This document shows, in pieces, positions 9,518 to 18,950 of a DNA stretch of 64,000 bases. Location: the NCBI GenBank assembly GCA_963745035.1, contig CAVUVW010000014.1, positions 224,001 to 288,000 on the forward strand, given 5' to 3'. The notes beneath the pieces are model-generated. The model did not search any database, was not told the origin of the DNA, and saw only the letters and a program-made list of their open reading frames with translations. Within the stretch, counting starts at the first letter, position 1. Every line of letters starts with the position of its first letter. This DNA comes from an uncultured delta proteobacterium. Lineage in GTDB: Bacteria; Desulfobacterota; Binatia; UBA9968. Both the position numbers and the translations under genes were made by a program.

Positions 9518-9728
9518 AAAAGCGGCGAGGGAATTCATGCCGCTTCATCGATCCGTTATCCACAAAGCTGGCACCAGAACGTGCCAGAAATTTGCAGCAC
9601 GCGGGACTCGATTCCGGGAGGTGATTGGCCTTCGCCCCAGCATGGCACTGCAGAGAACAGCGTCGGGGCGGCGGATGAACTAAAGAAGCTGGGAGATTTC
9701 GGCGCGCGGTTCTCTTGCGCCGGCGCGA

Positions 9729-10013
9729 TCACTCGGCGAGCAACTTTCGGATCTCGCGCAGTTCTTTTTGCTGCGCGGCGCTCAAGCGGGGATATTCAAT
9801 CTTCAAGTCTTGCAGTGCGTCCAGGACGACTTGCGAGATGATCAACGGGCGTTGGCTTTATCGTCGGCCGGGACGACGTACCACGGCGACTCGCGCGTGC
9901 TGGTGGCGCTCAGGCACGCCGCATAGGCCTTCATGTATTCCTTCCAGTGCTTGCGTTCTTCGACATCGGACGCGAAAATCTTTGCCGTCGACGGCGCCGC
10001 TGCGCTGGCTCAT
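9729..10013 (-). pseudogene. Polyphosphate kinase 2 (PPK2, class III-like) remnant with large internal deletion
   Basis: N-terminus [15 protein letters not shown] joined out of frame to C-terminal [50 protein letters not shown]; extra indel near 9845. Confidence 0.8.
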
Positions 10014-10667
10014 AAGCGGAAGTCTTCCAAAATCGGTTGGGCTTCGGTCGGGACGCCGGCTGCCGGTTGCTTTAAGCGGCGTTGCTTCGGCAGCGGCGCG
10101 GAGAGCGCGGCGGCTTCCATATAACTCAGCTCCCTCGCTTCCCGCACGCAGCGCAGCAGCAAGCCGCCGCGGCTCATGTCGCCGCGGCCGATGAATTCTT
10201 CCGGAACGCGCAGCCGCCTGCCGAAAATCGGTCGCCAGGATATCCAGATATTTCCCGGTCGCAAGGCTGCCGAGGAGAACGATTTCGCAATCTTCTCCCG
10301 TTTGCGCGGCGAGCTTCTTGGCGCTGCGTCGAAGCGCGGTGCAGTAGGGCTTGTTTTTGACATGAATGCGGCCGCGGCTGTAGCCGCGCAGCCCGGCGAG
10401 TCGAATCACCCTGTCGTGCGGGACGAGACCGGCGGTCGGTGTGATCAGCCAGACCCCGGGGCAGCCGGACGGCGGCGCGGCGAAGGCGAGGGCGTAGGCG
10501 AGCTTGCCGCGAAAATAGAGCGCGCTCAAAAAACTGAATACTTCGCCCAACGGCGCGCCGCCGGCGCGCAGGCGTTGCGCCAGCTCAGACCGGCTGGTTT
10601 TCTTGAGCACCCAGCGGGCGCGCAGGCCGTTGCAATCCGCCGGCGACAGCACGAAGACCCGCTTCAT
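10010..10667 (-). CDS. Uncharacterised protein (one +1 frameshift near 10232), coupled to polX
   Basis: MKRVFVLSPADCNG...FSFLSALYFRGKLAYA...VLLGSLATGKYLDILA continues in another frame as PIFGRRLRVPEEFIGRGDMSRGGLLLR; ATGA overlaps at both ends. Confidence 0.75.
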
Positions 10668-12382
10668 GGATGAACGGTCCGCATGAATGCTTCGGTATCG
10701 AGGGTGTTTAGTATTTCGCCGGGGCTGAGCCAACCGCGCCGCGCCATGGCCACGCCGAACGGCAGATAACCCAACCCGGCAATCGAATGGGCGTCGGTGG
10801 AGACGATGAACTTGATCTCGCGCTCCCGCGCCGCGCGAACCCAGCGCGGCTCGAGATCGAGGCGGCGCGGATCGCCGTTGATTTCGATGGCGCAGCGACT
10901 TTCGGCGACGGCGTCGAGGATTTCCTCCATGTGGCACTCGAACGGCGGCCGCGATTGCAGCATGCGCCCCAGCGGATGGCCCCAAATTTTAAACAGCGGC
11001 AGGGAAAGCGCGCGCCGCAGACGCGCGGTCATCTGCCCGGCGTCCATCTTGTGGCGCGAGTGGATGCTCGCGATGATGATATCGAATTTTTCCAAAATAT
11101 AGTCCGGATAGTCGAGGGAACCGTCGGCGAGGATGTCCGACTCGGTGCCTTTCAAAAGCTTGATCTGCACGCCTTCCTGCACCCGCTCGATCTCATCCCA
11201 CTGCGCGCGCAGGCGATCGATGTTAACGCCGCGCGCATAAAAGGCGCTCGGCGAGTGATCGGTGATCGTCAGATAAGCCATGCCCATGGCCTCGGCTGCG
11301 CGCGCCATCTCTTCGATGGTGTTGCGGCCGTCGGAATAGATCGTGTGGCAGTGGGTCATGCCGCGCAGGTCCTTTTCGCTTACGAGCCGCGGCAGCCTGC
11401 CCGCTTGAGCGGCCTCGATTTCGCCTTGGTCTTCGCGCAGCTCCGGCGCAATCGGCGGAAGCCCCGCCCGGCGATAGATTTCGTCCTCGTTTTTGACGTG
11501 CGCTTCGGTGCGGGAGCGCCCCTGCGCGCCGTGGCCGGTTTGGTGGGCCTGCGCCAGCGCATGCAGTCTCGCGATATGGCGCGACGAGCCCGTGTGGGTG
11601 TGAAGAGCGACGACATGCTCCTCGGGCATCACGATCACAAGCTCGGCGGCCAAACCGCACGCCAGTCGCGCAACGCAGCGTGTGTCTTCAAGCGTTTCCG
11701 CGCGCGCGAGCGCGGGGTAGGCGAGGAACCGATCGAGCACGGCGCGGGGCTGAACGCTCGCGGCAACGACGCGGATCTGCCGGACGGTTTCGTGGCGGCG
11801 CCGGAGTGCTCCGGCGACATCGGCTTTGACGAGTTCCGGACAACCGCGCAGGTATGCAATCAGCCGCTCGGCCTCTTCGAGCGCGCCGTTCAGCAAAAAG
11901 ACGCCGTCTTTCAGTTGCTCGATCTTATCATCGAGCTTATCGATGTCCGCGAGCAGCTTCGCCTGGGACTTCACGCCGAAGCCTTTCACCTTGCCAACAA
12001 GCCCCGCCTGACACGCCGCTCTCAGGCCGGCGACGCTGTCGATCTGTAAAGCGTCATGGAGAACGGCGATTTTCTTGAGGCTTAGCCCGGGCACAGCGCT
12101 CAACTCGAGCGCGCCCGGCGGCAGCTCGCCGCGGAGTTGATCGAGCAGCCGGCATTCGTCCGTCAGATAGATTTCTTCAATGATCGCTGCCAGCGCGCTG
12201 CCGATCCCCGGGATTTGCCGCAGGCGTTGAGCTTTTACCAGCGCACTCAAATCGCCTTCGAGGTTTTCCAGCGCGGCCGCGCCGCGCTCATATGCCTGGG
12301 CCTTGAACGGATTTTCGCCTTTGATTTTCAGCAGGCCGGCGATCATGCGGAGATCGCCGGCAATTTCGAATCTATCCTTCAC
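10664..12382 (-). CDS. polX: PolX-family protein with PHP domain; polymerase active site degenerate
   Basis: GENPFKAQAY, HhH motifs (IPGIG, VPGLS, VKGFG), PELRE, PHP motifs HCHTIYSDG, TDHS, HP.GR, STDAH; GTG start after GAGGA. Confidence 0.92.
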   Translation of the reverse strand: MKDRFEIAGDLRMIAGLLKIKGENPFKAQAYERGAAALENLEGDLSALVKAQRLRQIPGIGSALAAIIEEIYLTDECRLLDQLRGELPPGALELSAVPGLSLKKIAVLHDALQIDSVAGLRAACQAGLVGKVKGFGVKSQAKLLADIDKLDDKIEQLKDGVFLLNGALEEAERLIAYLRGCPELVKADVAGALRRRHETVRQIRVVAASVQPRAVLDRFLAYPALARAETLEDTRCVARLACGLAAELVIVMPEEHVVALHTHTGSSRHIARLHALAQAHQTGHGAQGRSRTEAHVKNEDEIYRRAGLPPIAPELREDQGEIEAAQAGRLPRLVSEKDLRGMTHCHTIYSDGRNTIEEMARAAEAMGMAYLTITDHSPSAFYARGVNIDRLRAQWDEIERVQEGVQIKLLKGTESDILADGSLDYPDYILEKFDIIIASIHSRHKMDAGQMTARLRRALSLPLFKIWGHPLGRMLQSRPPFECHMEEILDAVAESRCAIEINGDPRRLDLEPRWVRAAREREIKFIVSTDAHSIAGLGYLPFGVAMARRGWLSPGEILNTLDTEAFMRTVHP

Positions 12383-12681
12383 GATACGTCCTCTTCGGCG
12401 CCCGCGGAACGAGCGTCCCATAAACGGGTGCGATCAGTCTATAACTACCGGCTACGATCTCAAGCGTCGAACGAGCGCTCCGGAAAGAGTGGCGCAATGC
12501 TTCGTTTGACGCTAAAGAAAGTCAGGCGGGCGATGCGCGATCAGAAGTAAAAACGTAACGAGGGAGCGAAAACGGCGAGACCGTGCTTAGCGGAGATTTT
12601 GGAGAATCTCGAATTCAAAAGTAAACAAGCTTTGGGCTGATTAAGATTCGCTTCGCGCGGCAGAAACAATTGCCCGAGCGG

Positions 12682-12852
12682 TCAGGCGTCCCACCGGGCG
12701 CGCACCCAAAACCCCGCGAGGACCGCGGTGGTTCCGATTGCCGCAAGCATCCATTCGATGCCATAACGAGGGAGGTAGTACGCCTCGAGCAGACCAAGGG
12801 CGTAAAGCGCGAGGATCATCGAGGCGCGTCGGATCCGTCTTCGCCATTTCAT
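12682..12852 (-). CDS. Small 56-aa membrane protein (below ORF-track cutoff)
   Basis: MKWRRRIRRASMILALYALGLLEAYYLPRYGIEWMLAAIGTTAVLAGFWVRARWDA: basic N-terminus, two hydrophobic segments, basic tail. Confidence 0.6.
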   Translation of the reverse strand: MKWRRRIRRASMILALYALGLLEAYYLPRYGIEWMLAAIGTTAVLAGFWVRARWDA

Positions 12853-12865
12853 GCCACTGCGTAAG

Positions 12866-12880
12866 GCATAAACCGTACCA
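12866..12880 (-). promoter_or_regulatory. Putative sigma54 (-24/-12) promoter
   Basis: TGGTACGGTTTATGC (GG-N10-GC), ending 13 nt before the ATG at 12852. Confidence 0.55.
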
Positions 12881-13187
12881 CGTTCAAGATGAGGAATTTA
12901 TGCCACAGGGAGGCGGTTCTCACGACAGAACATGACAGAGTGTCGGCCAAATTGTTTGAACTCTGACGATATTGTCTCTCCGACGAAAAATGGCCAAGCT
13001 ACCGACAATGCGCGACCGTGCGCGATCAAGGTTGTACCTCGCCGCCGAGCTAAAGCCGCGACGGTCGGATCCGGAATAAAGCGGGAGTAGGTGGGCCTTT
13101 CTAGGAAAAAGCCATTGGTTGAGTAATACCCAACCAACCAATCGATGCGGCGAGGGTGCAGGCGTAGCCTAACGAGAGGAGCAATTC

Positions 13188-14567
13188 ATGACGGCACATT
13201 TTGACGCGATAGTGATCGGCACCGGACAGGCTGGGCCGGCTCTGGCGGCGCGCCTTGCGGAAGCGGGAATGAAAGTCGCCGTGATCGAACGCAACCGCTT
13301 CGGCGGCACGTGCGTCAATACCGGCTGCATTCCCACGAAAACTTTGGTGGCGAGCGCTTATGCGGCGCAGCTCGCGCGCCGCGGCGCCGAGTACGGCGTG
13401 GCCATCGGCGGCTCGGTGCAGGTCGATATGAAGCGGGTGAAGGCGCGCAAGGACGAAATCGCCGGCCGCTCGATGCAAGGCGTGGAGAATTGGGTGCGCG
13501 GCCTCAAAAACGGCGCCGTCTACCACGGACACGCGCGCTTTGAGGGGCCGCGCGCCGTGCGCGTCAACGGCGAGCTGCTCGAAGCCGATAAGATCTTCAT
13601 CAACGTCGGCGGGCGGGCGTTGGTGCCGCCGATGCCCGGCTTGGATCAGGCGCGCTATCTCACCAATTCAAGCATGATGGACGTGGACTTTCTGCCGGAG
13701 CACCTGATTATCGTCGGCGGCAGCTATATCGGCCTTGAATTCGGTCAGATGTACCGGCGCTTCGGTTCGAAAGTGACGATCGTCGAGATGGGCGAGCGCT
13801 TGATCGCACGCGAGGACTCGGACGTTTCTCAGGCGGTGAAAGAAATTCTCGAAGCCGAAGGCATCGAGGTGCGTCTGAATGCCAAATGTATTTCGGTTCG
13901 CAAAGCCGATACTGGCGTCATCGTCGGGTTGGATTGCGCCGACGACAATCGCCAAGCCCAGGGCTCTCATTTGTTGCTCGCCGTCGGCCGCGTGCCGAAC
14001 ACCGACGACTTGGGATTGGATAAAGCCGGCGTGGAGACAGATAAAGCCGGTTATATCAAAGTTGATGATCAGCTACGGACCAGCGTTCCCGGCATTTGGG
14101 CGCTCGGCGATTGCAACGGCAAGGGCGCTTTTACTCATACTTCATACAACGACTTTGAAATCGTTGCGGCCAATATTCTCGACAACGATCCACGCAAGGT
14201 GTCGGATCGGATCATGGCTTATGGCCTATTCATCGATCCGCCGCTGGGCCGCGCCGGCATGACCGCAGCGCAAGTAAAAGCGTCGGGTCGTAAGGCGCTG
14301 GTCGGCACACGACCGATGACGCGGGTGGGGCGCGCTGTGGAAAAGGGTGAGACTCAGGGGTTCATGAAGGTGATCGTCGATGCCGAGAGCAAGGAAATTC
14401 TTGGTGCGGCTATTCTTGGCGTTACCGGCGACGAAGTGATTCACTCCCTGCTCGATGTGATGTATGCCAAAGCGCCATACACGACGATCAGCCGCGCGAT
14501 GCATATTCATCCCACGGTATCGGAACTCGTGCCGACGCTCCTGCAAGACCTGAAGCCGCTCGAGTGA
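13188..14567 (+). CDS. Pyridine nucleotide-disulfide oxidoreductase (dihydrolipoamide dehydrogenase / MerA-like, RclA-type size)
   Basis: GTGQAG, GGTCVNTGCIPTK, GGSYIGLE, HIHPTVSE; no C-terminal Cys-Cys pair. Confidence 0.9.
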   Translation: MTAHFDAIVIGTGQAGPALAARLAEAGMKVAVIERNRFGGTCVNTGCIPTKTLVASAYAAQLARRGAEYGVAIGGSVQVDMKRVKARKDEIAGRSMQGVENWVRGLKNGAVYHGHARFEGPRAVRVNGELLEADKIFINVGGRALVPPMPGLDQARYLTNSSMMDVDFLPEHLIIVGGSYIGLEFGQMYRRFGSKVTIVEMGERLIAREDSDVSQAVKEILEAEGIEVRLNAKCISVRKADTGVIVGLDCADDNRQAQGSHLLLAVGRVPNTDDLGLDKAGVETDKAGYIKVDDQLRTSVPGIWALGDCNGKGAFTHTSYNDFEIVAANILDNDPRKVSDRIMAYGLFIDPPLGRAGMTAAQVKASGRKALVGTRPMTRVGRAVEKGETQGFMKVIVDAESKEILGAAILGVTGDEVIHSLLDVMYAKAPYTTISRAMHIHPTVSELVPTLLQDLKPLE

Positions 14568-14815
14568 AATTCGGGTTTCATGACAGCGGCTGCTACGGCG
14601 GCGAGATGTTTCGCGAACAAAACCCCGCAGTATCCCTCGCAACCACTCGCTTTCCTAACTCGCAACCCGCTCGCGACAACCGTCCTCCAGCTTCGCTCAC
14701 AAGCGGCTGCAAAGACTCGTGCAAATTGACTCCAACTAAGAAACGTTGATATGCCTTCCGGACAGCGGCGTTGCGGCCGAATGCTTAATGCTCTATCCAC
14801 TGTTCGGAGGTGAAC

Positions 14816-16495
14816 ATGGCGCGAGTGACGGGAAGCCATCTGATCTGCAAAGCGCTCAAGCTCGAAGGCGTAAAAAATATCTTCGGCTTGGCCGGCGATC
14901 ATATTTTGCCGGTGCTCGACGTGATGGCGGATCAGGACTTCCGCATCATCGATACCCGTCATGAACAAGCCGCCGTGCACATGGCGGATGCATGGAGCCG
15001 CATCACCGAGCAGCCCGGCGTGTGCATGTACACCACGCCTGGATTCGCCAACGCCATTCCCGGCCTGACCAACGCCATGCATACCGAAGGACCGGTCATC
15101 TCGATCGCGGGCTGCGGCGATACCCACGACTTGGGGCGCGGCGCGCAGCAGGAAATCGACCAGGTCGGCATGGCCGCGCCCATGTGCAAAGGCTCGTTCA
15201 TGGTGCACGACGTGCGCAGAATTCCCGAGTTTATTGCGCGCGCGATGCGTTTGGCATTTAGCGGACGGCGTGGGCCGGTGCACCTGACGATACCGGTCGA
15301 CGTGCAGGAGCAGAGCGTCGAAGAAAATGAAATCGTCTTCACTCAACCCGCCGCCTATCGCGCTAAAGAGACCGTTCTCGCCAATCCCGAACTGGTGCGC
15401 CAGGCAATCGCGCTGCTGAACAAAGCACAAAAACCGCTGGTCATCGCCGGCAGCGCCGCGGGTTATACTTTGGACGGCTCGGCCATGCAGCGCTTCGTCG
15501 AAACCACGCGCCTGCCGGTGGTGACCGAAGAGCAATCGCGCGGCCTCATCTCCGACGATCATCCTTATGCGTTTGGCTATTTCGAGCGCGGCTTGAATCG
15601 CGCCGCGGGCAAGCTGCGTGACGCCGATGCGGTCCTGCTGCTCGGCCGCAAGCAAGACTTCGTCATCGGCTTTTGCCGGCCGCCGCATGTTGCGGCGAAC
15701 GCCAAGATTATCCAGATCGATCCTTCGCCGCTCGAGATCGGCCGGAGCCGCGGCGTCGACGTCGGCATGGTCGGCGACGTGACGAGCGTCTTGGAGCAGA
15801 TGACCAAGGAAGCGCAGAATCATCAGTGGAAAGACCTGCCGTGGTTGGACGAGCTGCGTGCGGTGCGCGCGGCGCAGGCGGAATGGGCGGAAAATCTCGC
15901 GCGGCCGCAAACGCCGATGCATGCTCTGTTCGTTCACAAGACGCTCAAATCTTTGCTCCGGCCCGACGATTGCCTGGTTTTCGACGGCGGTGACTTCTGC
16001 CACTTCGGACGATCGTTTCTGCCGGCGCTCAAGCCGAAACACTGGTTCAACGTGTCCAGTTTGGGCATGTTGGGTTCTTCCCTGCCGACCGCCCTGGCGG
16101 CCAAGGTAGCTTATCCCGATTCACGCGTATTCATGCTGAGCGGCGACGGCGCCTTCGGTTTCAACGGCATGGAGTTCGATACCGCCGTGCGCCACAAGCT
16201 CAATCTCGTCGCCCTCATCGGCAACGACTCCGCCTGGGGCATCGACCGGCAGATTCAATTGGGCTTATACGGCCGCGCCGTCGCCACCGACTTGCTGCAG
16301 ACGCGCTACGATCAGATGGTGCAAGGCTTGGGCGGATACGGCGAATTTGTCGAACGGCCCGACGACTTAAAGCCTGCGCTGGAGCGAGCGCTGGCGTCCA
16401 ATAAGCCCGCGCTCCTGAACGTTGCCGTCCAGCGCGCCATCAGCCCGCGCGCTGAGGCCGCCATCGGCCGGCGCAAAGCGGCGGCGCAGAAGTAG
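14816..16495 (+). CDS. Thiamine diphosphate-dependent enzyme (acetolactate synthase / acyl-CoA lyase-like)
   Basis: RHEQAA, GDGAFGFNGMEFDTAVRH...GNDSAWG ThDP motif; GGAGG RBS. Confidence 0.9.
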   Translation: MARVTGSHLICKALKLEGVKNIFGLAGDHILPVLDVMADQDFRIIDTRHEQAAVHMADAWSRITEQPGVCMYTTPGFANAIPGLTNAMHTEGPVISIAGCGDTHDLGRGAQQEIDQVGMAAPMCKGSFMVHDVRRIPEFIARAMRLAFSGRRGPVHLTIPVDVQEQSVEENEIVFTQPAAYRAKETVLANPELVRQAIALLNKAQKPLVIAGSAAGYTLDGSAMQRFVETTRLPVVTEEQSRGLISDDHPYAFGYFERGLNRAAGKLRDADAVLLLGRKQDFVIGFCRPPHVAANAKIIQIDPSPLEIGRSRGVDVGMVGDVTSVLEQMTKEAQNHQWKDLPWLDELRAVRAAQAEWAENLARPQTPMHALFVHKTLKSLLRPDDCLVFDGGDFCHFGRSFLPALKPKHWFNVSSLGMLGSSLPTALAAKVAYPDSRVFMLSGDGAFGFNGMEFDTAVRHKLNLVALIGNDSAWGIDRQIQLGLYGRAVATDLLQTRYDQMVQGLGGYGEFVERPDDLKPALERALASNKPALLNVAVQRAISPRAEAAIGRRKAAAQK

Positions 16496-16580
16496 CTCGA
16501 ACGACTTCGAGCTCTCACATCGTTGATTCGACACCTTCGCGGCATAGTCTCCGTTCGGAGACTGGAAACGGGGAGGCTCC

Positions 16581-17591
16581 ATGAAGAAAAATCGAACGCG
16601 CCGTAAAAACCGGCTCGGCACGATTTGCGTCTTGGCACTCCAGCTCACGCTGCCAATACCGATCCTGGGAGCGGAGCGAATGCATACGGCGTATTTTTCA
16701 CCCGCCCCCGGCGCGTCGGCGGTTATTTGGGTAGCCAAAGAAGCGCGGCTGTTTGAAAAACACGGCCTGGACGTGGCGCCCGTGCTGATTCCGAGCAGCG
16801 TGCGAACCTTGCAAGCGATCCTGGCCGGCGAGAGCGCGATTGCCGAGAGCGCCGGACCGGCCGCCGCCAGCGCTCGTCTTGCCGGAGGCGACATCGTCGC
16901 GCTTGCCGGCAGCGTCAATATCCTGACCTACTATTTCGTCACCCTGCCGAACATCAAACGGGCGGAAGATCTCAAAGGGAAGATCGGCGCCAATCAAAGT
17001 CCCGGCACGATAGCCGATTTTGCGCTGCGCGTGAGCTTGAGAAAGCTCGGGCTCGACCCGGTGAAAGACGTGAGCTTGCGCTCGATCGGCGTCCTCTACG
17101 ATCGCATCGCGGCGATGCAAAAAGGCATCGTGCAGTTCACGGTGCTCACCGAAGCGGAAAAGCCGATCGTCGACAAGTTCGGCTACTCGGTTTTGCTCGA
17201 TCTGATCGCGCTCAAAATCCCGTTTCCGCAGCGCGCCATTTACACCACAGGAAAATACATAAAAGAGCAGCCTGACACGGTGCGGCGCTACATGCGCGCG
17301 TACGTCGAGGCGATCCACTATTTCAAAACCCGCAAGGAGGAAACCATTCAAATCCTGCGCAAATATTCGCGCGTGGAGGACCGCGGCGTGCTTGAACATA
17401 CCCAGAGCTGGTTCACCCAGAACATGCCGGACTATCCTTATCCGCCGCTTGAAGGCTACCAGACGGTGCTGCAGGAAATGGCGTCGAGCAATCCCAAAGC
17501 GTCTTCGTTGAATGCCAAAGATCTCGTCGATGCGCGTTTCGTGAAAGAGCTGGAGGACGGCGGCTTCGTTGCAGGTCTCGGCAAGAAGTAG
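16581..17591 (+). CDS. ABC substrate-binding protein, NMT1/SsuA/THI5 type
   Basis: VAKEARLFEKHGLDV, DLKGKIG, LGLDPVKDV, DARFVKELE motifs. Confidence 0.88.
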   Translation: MKKNRTRRKNRLGTICVLALQLTLPIPILGAERMHTAYFSPAPGASAVIWVAKEARLFEKHGLDVAPVLIPSSVRTLQAILAGESAIAESAGPAAASARLAGGDIVALAGSVNILTYYFVTLPNIKRAEDLKGKIGANQSPGTIADFALRVSLRKLGLDPVKDVSLRSIGVLYDRIAAMQKGIVQFTVLTEAEKPIVDKFGYSVLLDLIALKIPFPQRAIYTTGKYIKEQPDTVRRYMRAYVEAIHYFKTRKEETIQILRKYSRVEDRGVLEHTQSWFTQNMPDYPYPPLEGYQTVLQEMASSNPKASSLNAKDLVDARFVKELEDGGFVAGLGKK

Positions 17592-17682
17592 CGCTGCGTT
17601 GCGGAACTGAGTTGAGAAGAATCGCACAACATTCGAATCAACAGGGTAATACATTTTATCGCGGTATCGAGTCGGAGGTCTC

Positions 17683-18716
17683 ATGAAACACTCGCGTTTG
17701 TTTGGCGCGGTGGTGTTGCTTCTTGTACTCGGCCTCATGGCGCGCTAGCGGCGGCGCAGGAGACGATGCGGGTTGCGATCCCCTTGTTTCCCACGGCCGC
17801 ATTCCCCGTCTTGGTGGCCAACGATCGCGGATTTTTTCAGAAAGAGGGACTCACCGTCGAGCCGATCCGGATCAACAGCGCGCCGACGACTTACCAAGCG
17901 CTCATTTCCGGCGACGTTCACGCGGTGGCGGGCGCGCCGACGGGGCTGCTTCCCAGCCACGCGCAAGGCGCGGACGTCATCGCTCTGGGGAGCTGGGACA
18001 ACCTGGTTCCGTACATCTGGGTCACGCGCGACAAGATCAGCGATGTCCGCGAGCTGCGCGGGAAAAAGGTCGGCGTCAATCGCGCCGGCAGCAAACCCTG
18101 GCTCATCATCCACGTGCTGCTGCAGGACGCCGGTCTCGACCCGGCCAAGGATTTGACCTTGCTGCAGATGGGCGGGGGCTCGCAGGAACGAGTGGCCGCT
18201 TTGATGCGCGGCGGCATCGATGCCACCCTCGCCGATGCGCTTTTCGAGCCGATCATGAAGAAGCGCGGATTTTCCATCTTGCGCACCAAGACCACACCTT
18301 TCATGAATGCGCCGATCGCGGCCAAACGATCCTACATCGCGAGCCACCGGCCGGCGATGAAGAAATTCGTCAAAGCGTTTGCCGACGCGACGCGCTACAT
18401 GATCGACAACAGAGAAGGCACGCTCCGCCCCCTGACTCAGCTGCTCAACACCAACGATCCGGAGGTGACGGACTTCGCCTACCAGTATCTGCACGCCAAC
18501 TCCGAGGCTTCGCTCTACCCGCCGGAGGCTGCGGTCCAAAATCTGATCCGGATGTCCGGCTACATGGATAAAAAATTGGCGTCGATCACTGCCAACAGAA
18601 TTTTGGATCTGTCGCTTCTCGAAGAGATCGGCACCAAACGGCACAGCGCGCGCAGAAATAGCCGTGGTTTACGGGCTTTCCCACGTCGCGCCATGTCCGT
18701 CCCAGCGATGAGGTGA
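17683..18716 (+). CDS. ABC substrate-binding protein, NMT1/SsuA type (frameshift near 17740 in signal peptide)
   Basis: GGAGG plus MKHSRLFGAVVLLLVLGLM signal peptide in one frame; GFFQKEGLTVE, ELRGKKVGV, GLDPAKDL in the next frame. Confidence 0.82.
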
Positions 18717-18773
18717 AATATTGAGGTCTCTTCGGTATCTTGAAGTCCTTCGCCTAAGGCAAAGAGGAGGTTT

Positions 18774-18882
18774 GTCTTGCCGGCGGAGGCCGGCATCCAG
18801 GTTTGCATTCGGTTCAAGTACAAAAAGAGACTGGATTCCGTCCCCGGATCGAGTCCGGGGCAGGCTGTGCGCCGGACTGACG
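18774..18882. repeat. Composite REP-like palindrome with nested second palindrome
   Basis: gtcttgccggcggaggccggcatccag...ctggattcc...gccggactgac with ccccgga-tcgag-tccgggg (18842-18860) inside the right arm; between convergent genes. Confidence 0.65.
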
Positions 18883-18950
18883 GGAACGCGCTTCGATTTT
18901 AAGTCGACGCTATCAAAATTTCTCTCTAGGTCGACGAAATTCAGAATTAC

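Noticed and set aside
9556-9564. Perfect DnaA box TTATCCACA
   Set aside because: Single copy, no AT-rich unwinding element and no dnaA/dnaN context, so not an origin
9858-10985. 375-aa ORF as a single protein
   Set aside because: Chimera of an off-frame polX tail, the N-half of the 10667 gene and off-frame PPK2 sequence, created by an indel
13188-14567. Mercuric reductase MerA
   Set aside because: No C-terminal Cys-Cys pair, no NmerA domain and no mer operon genes
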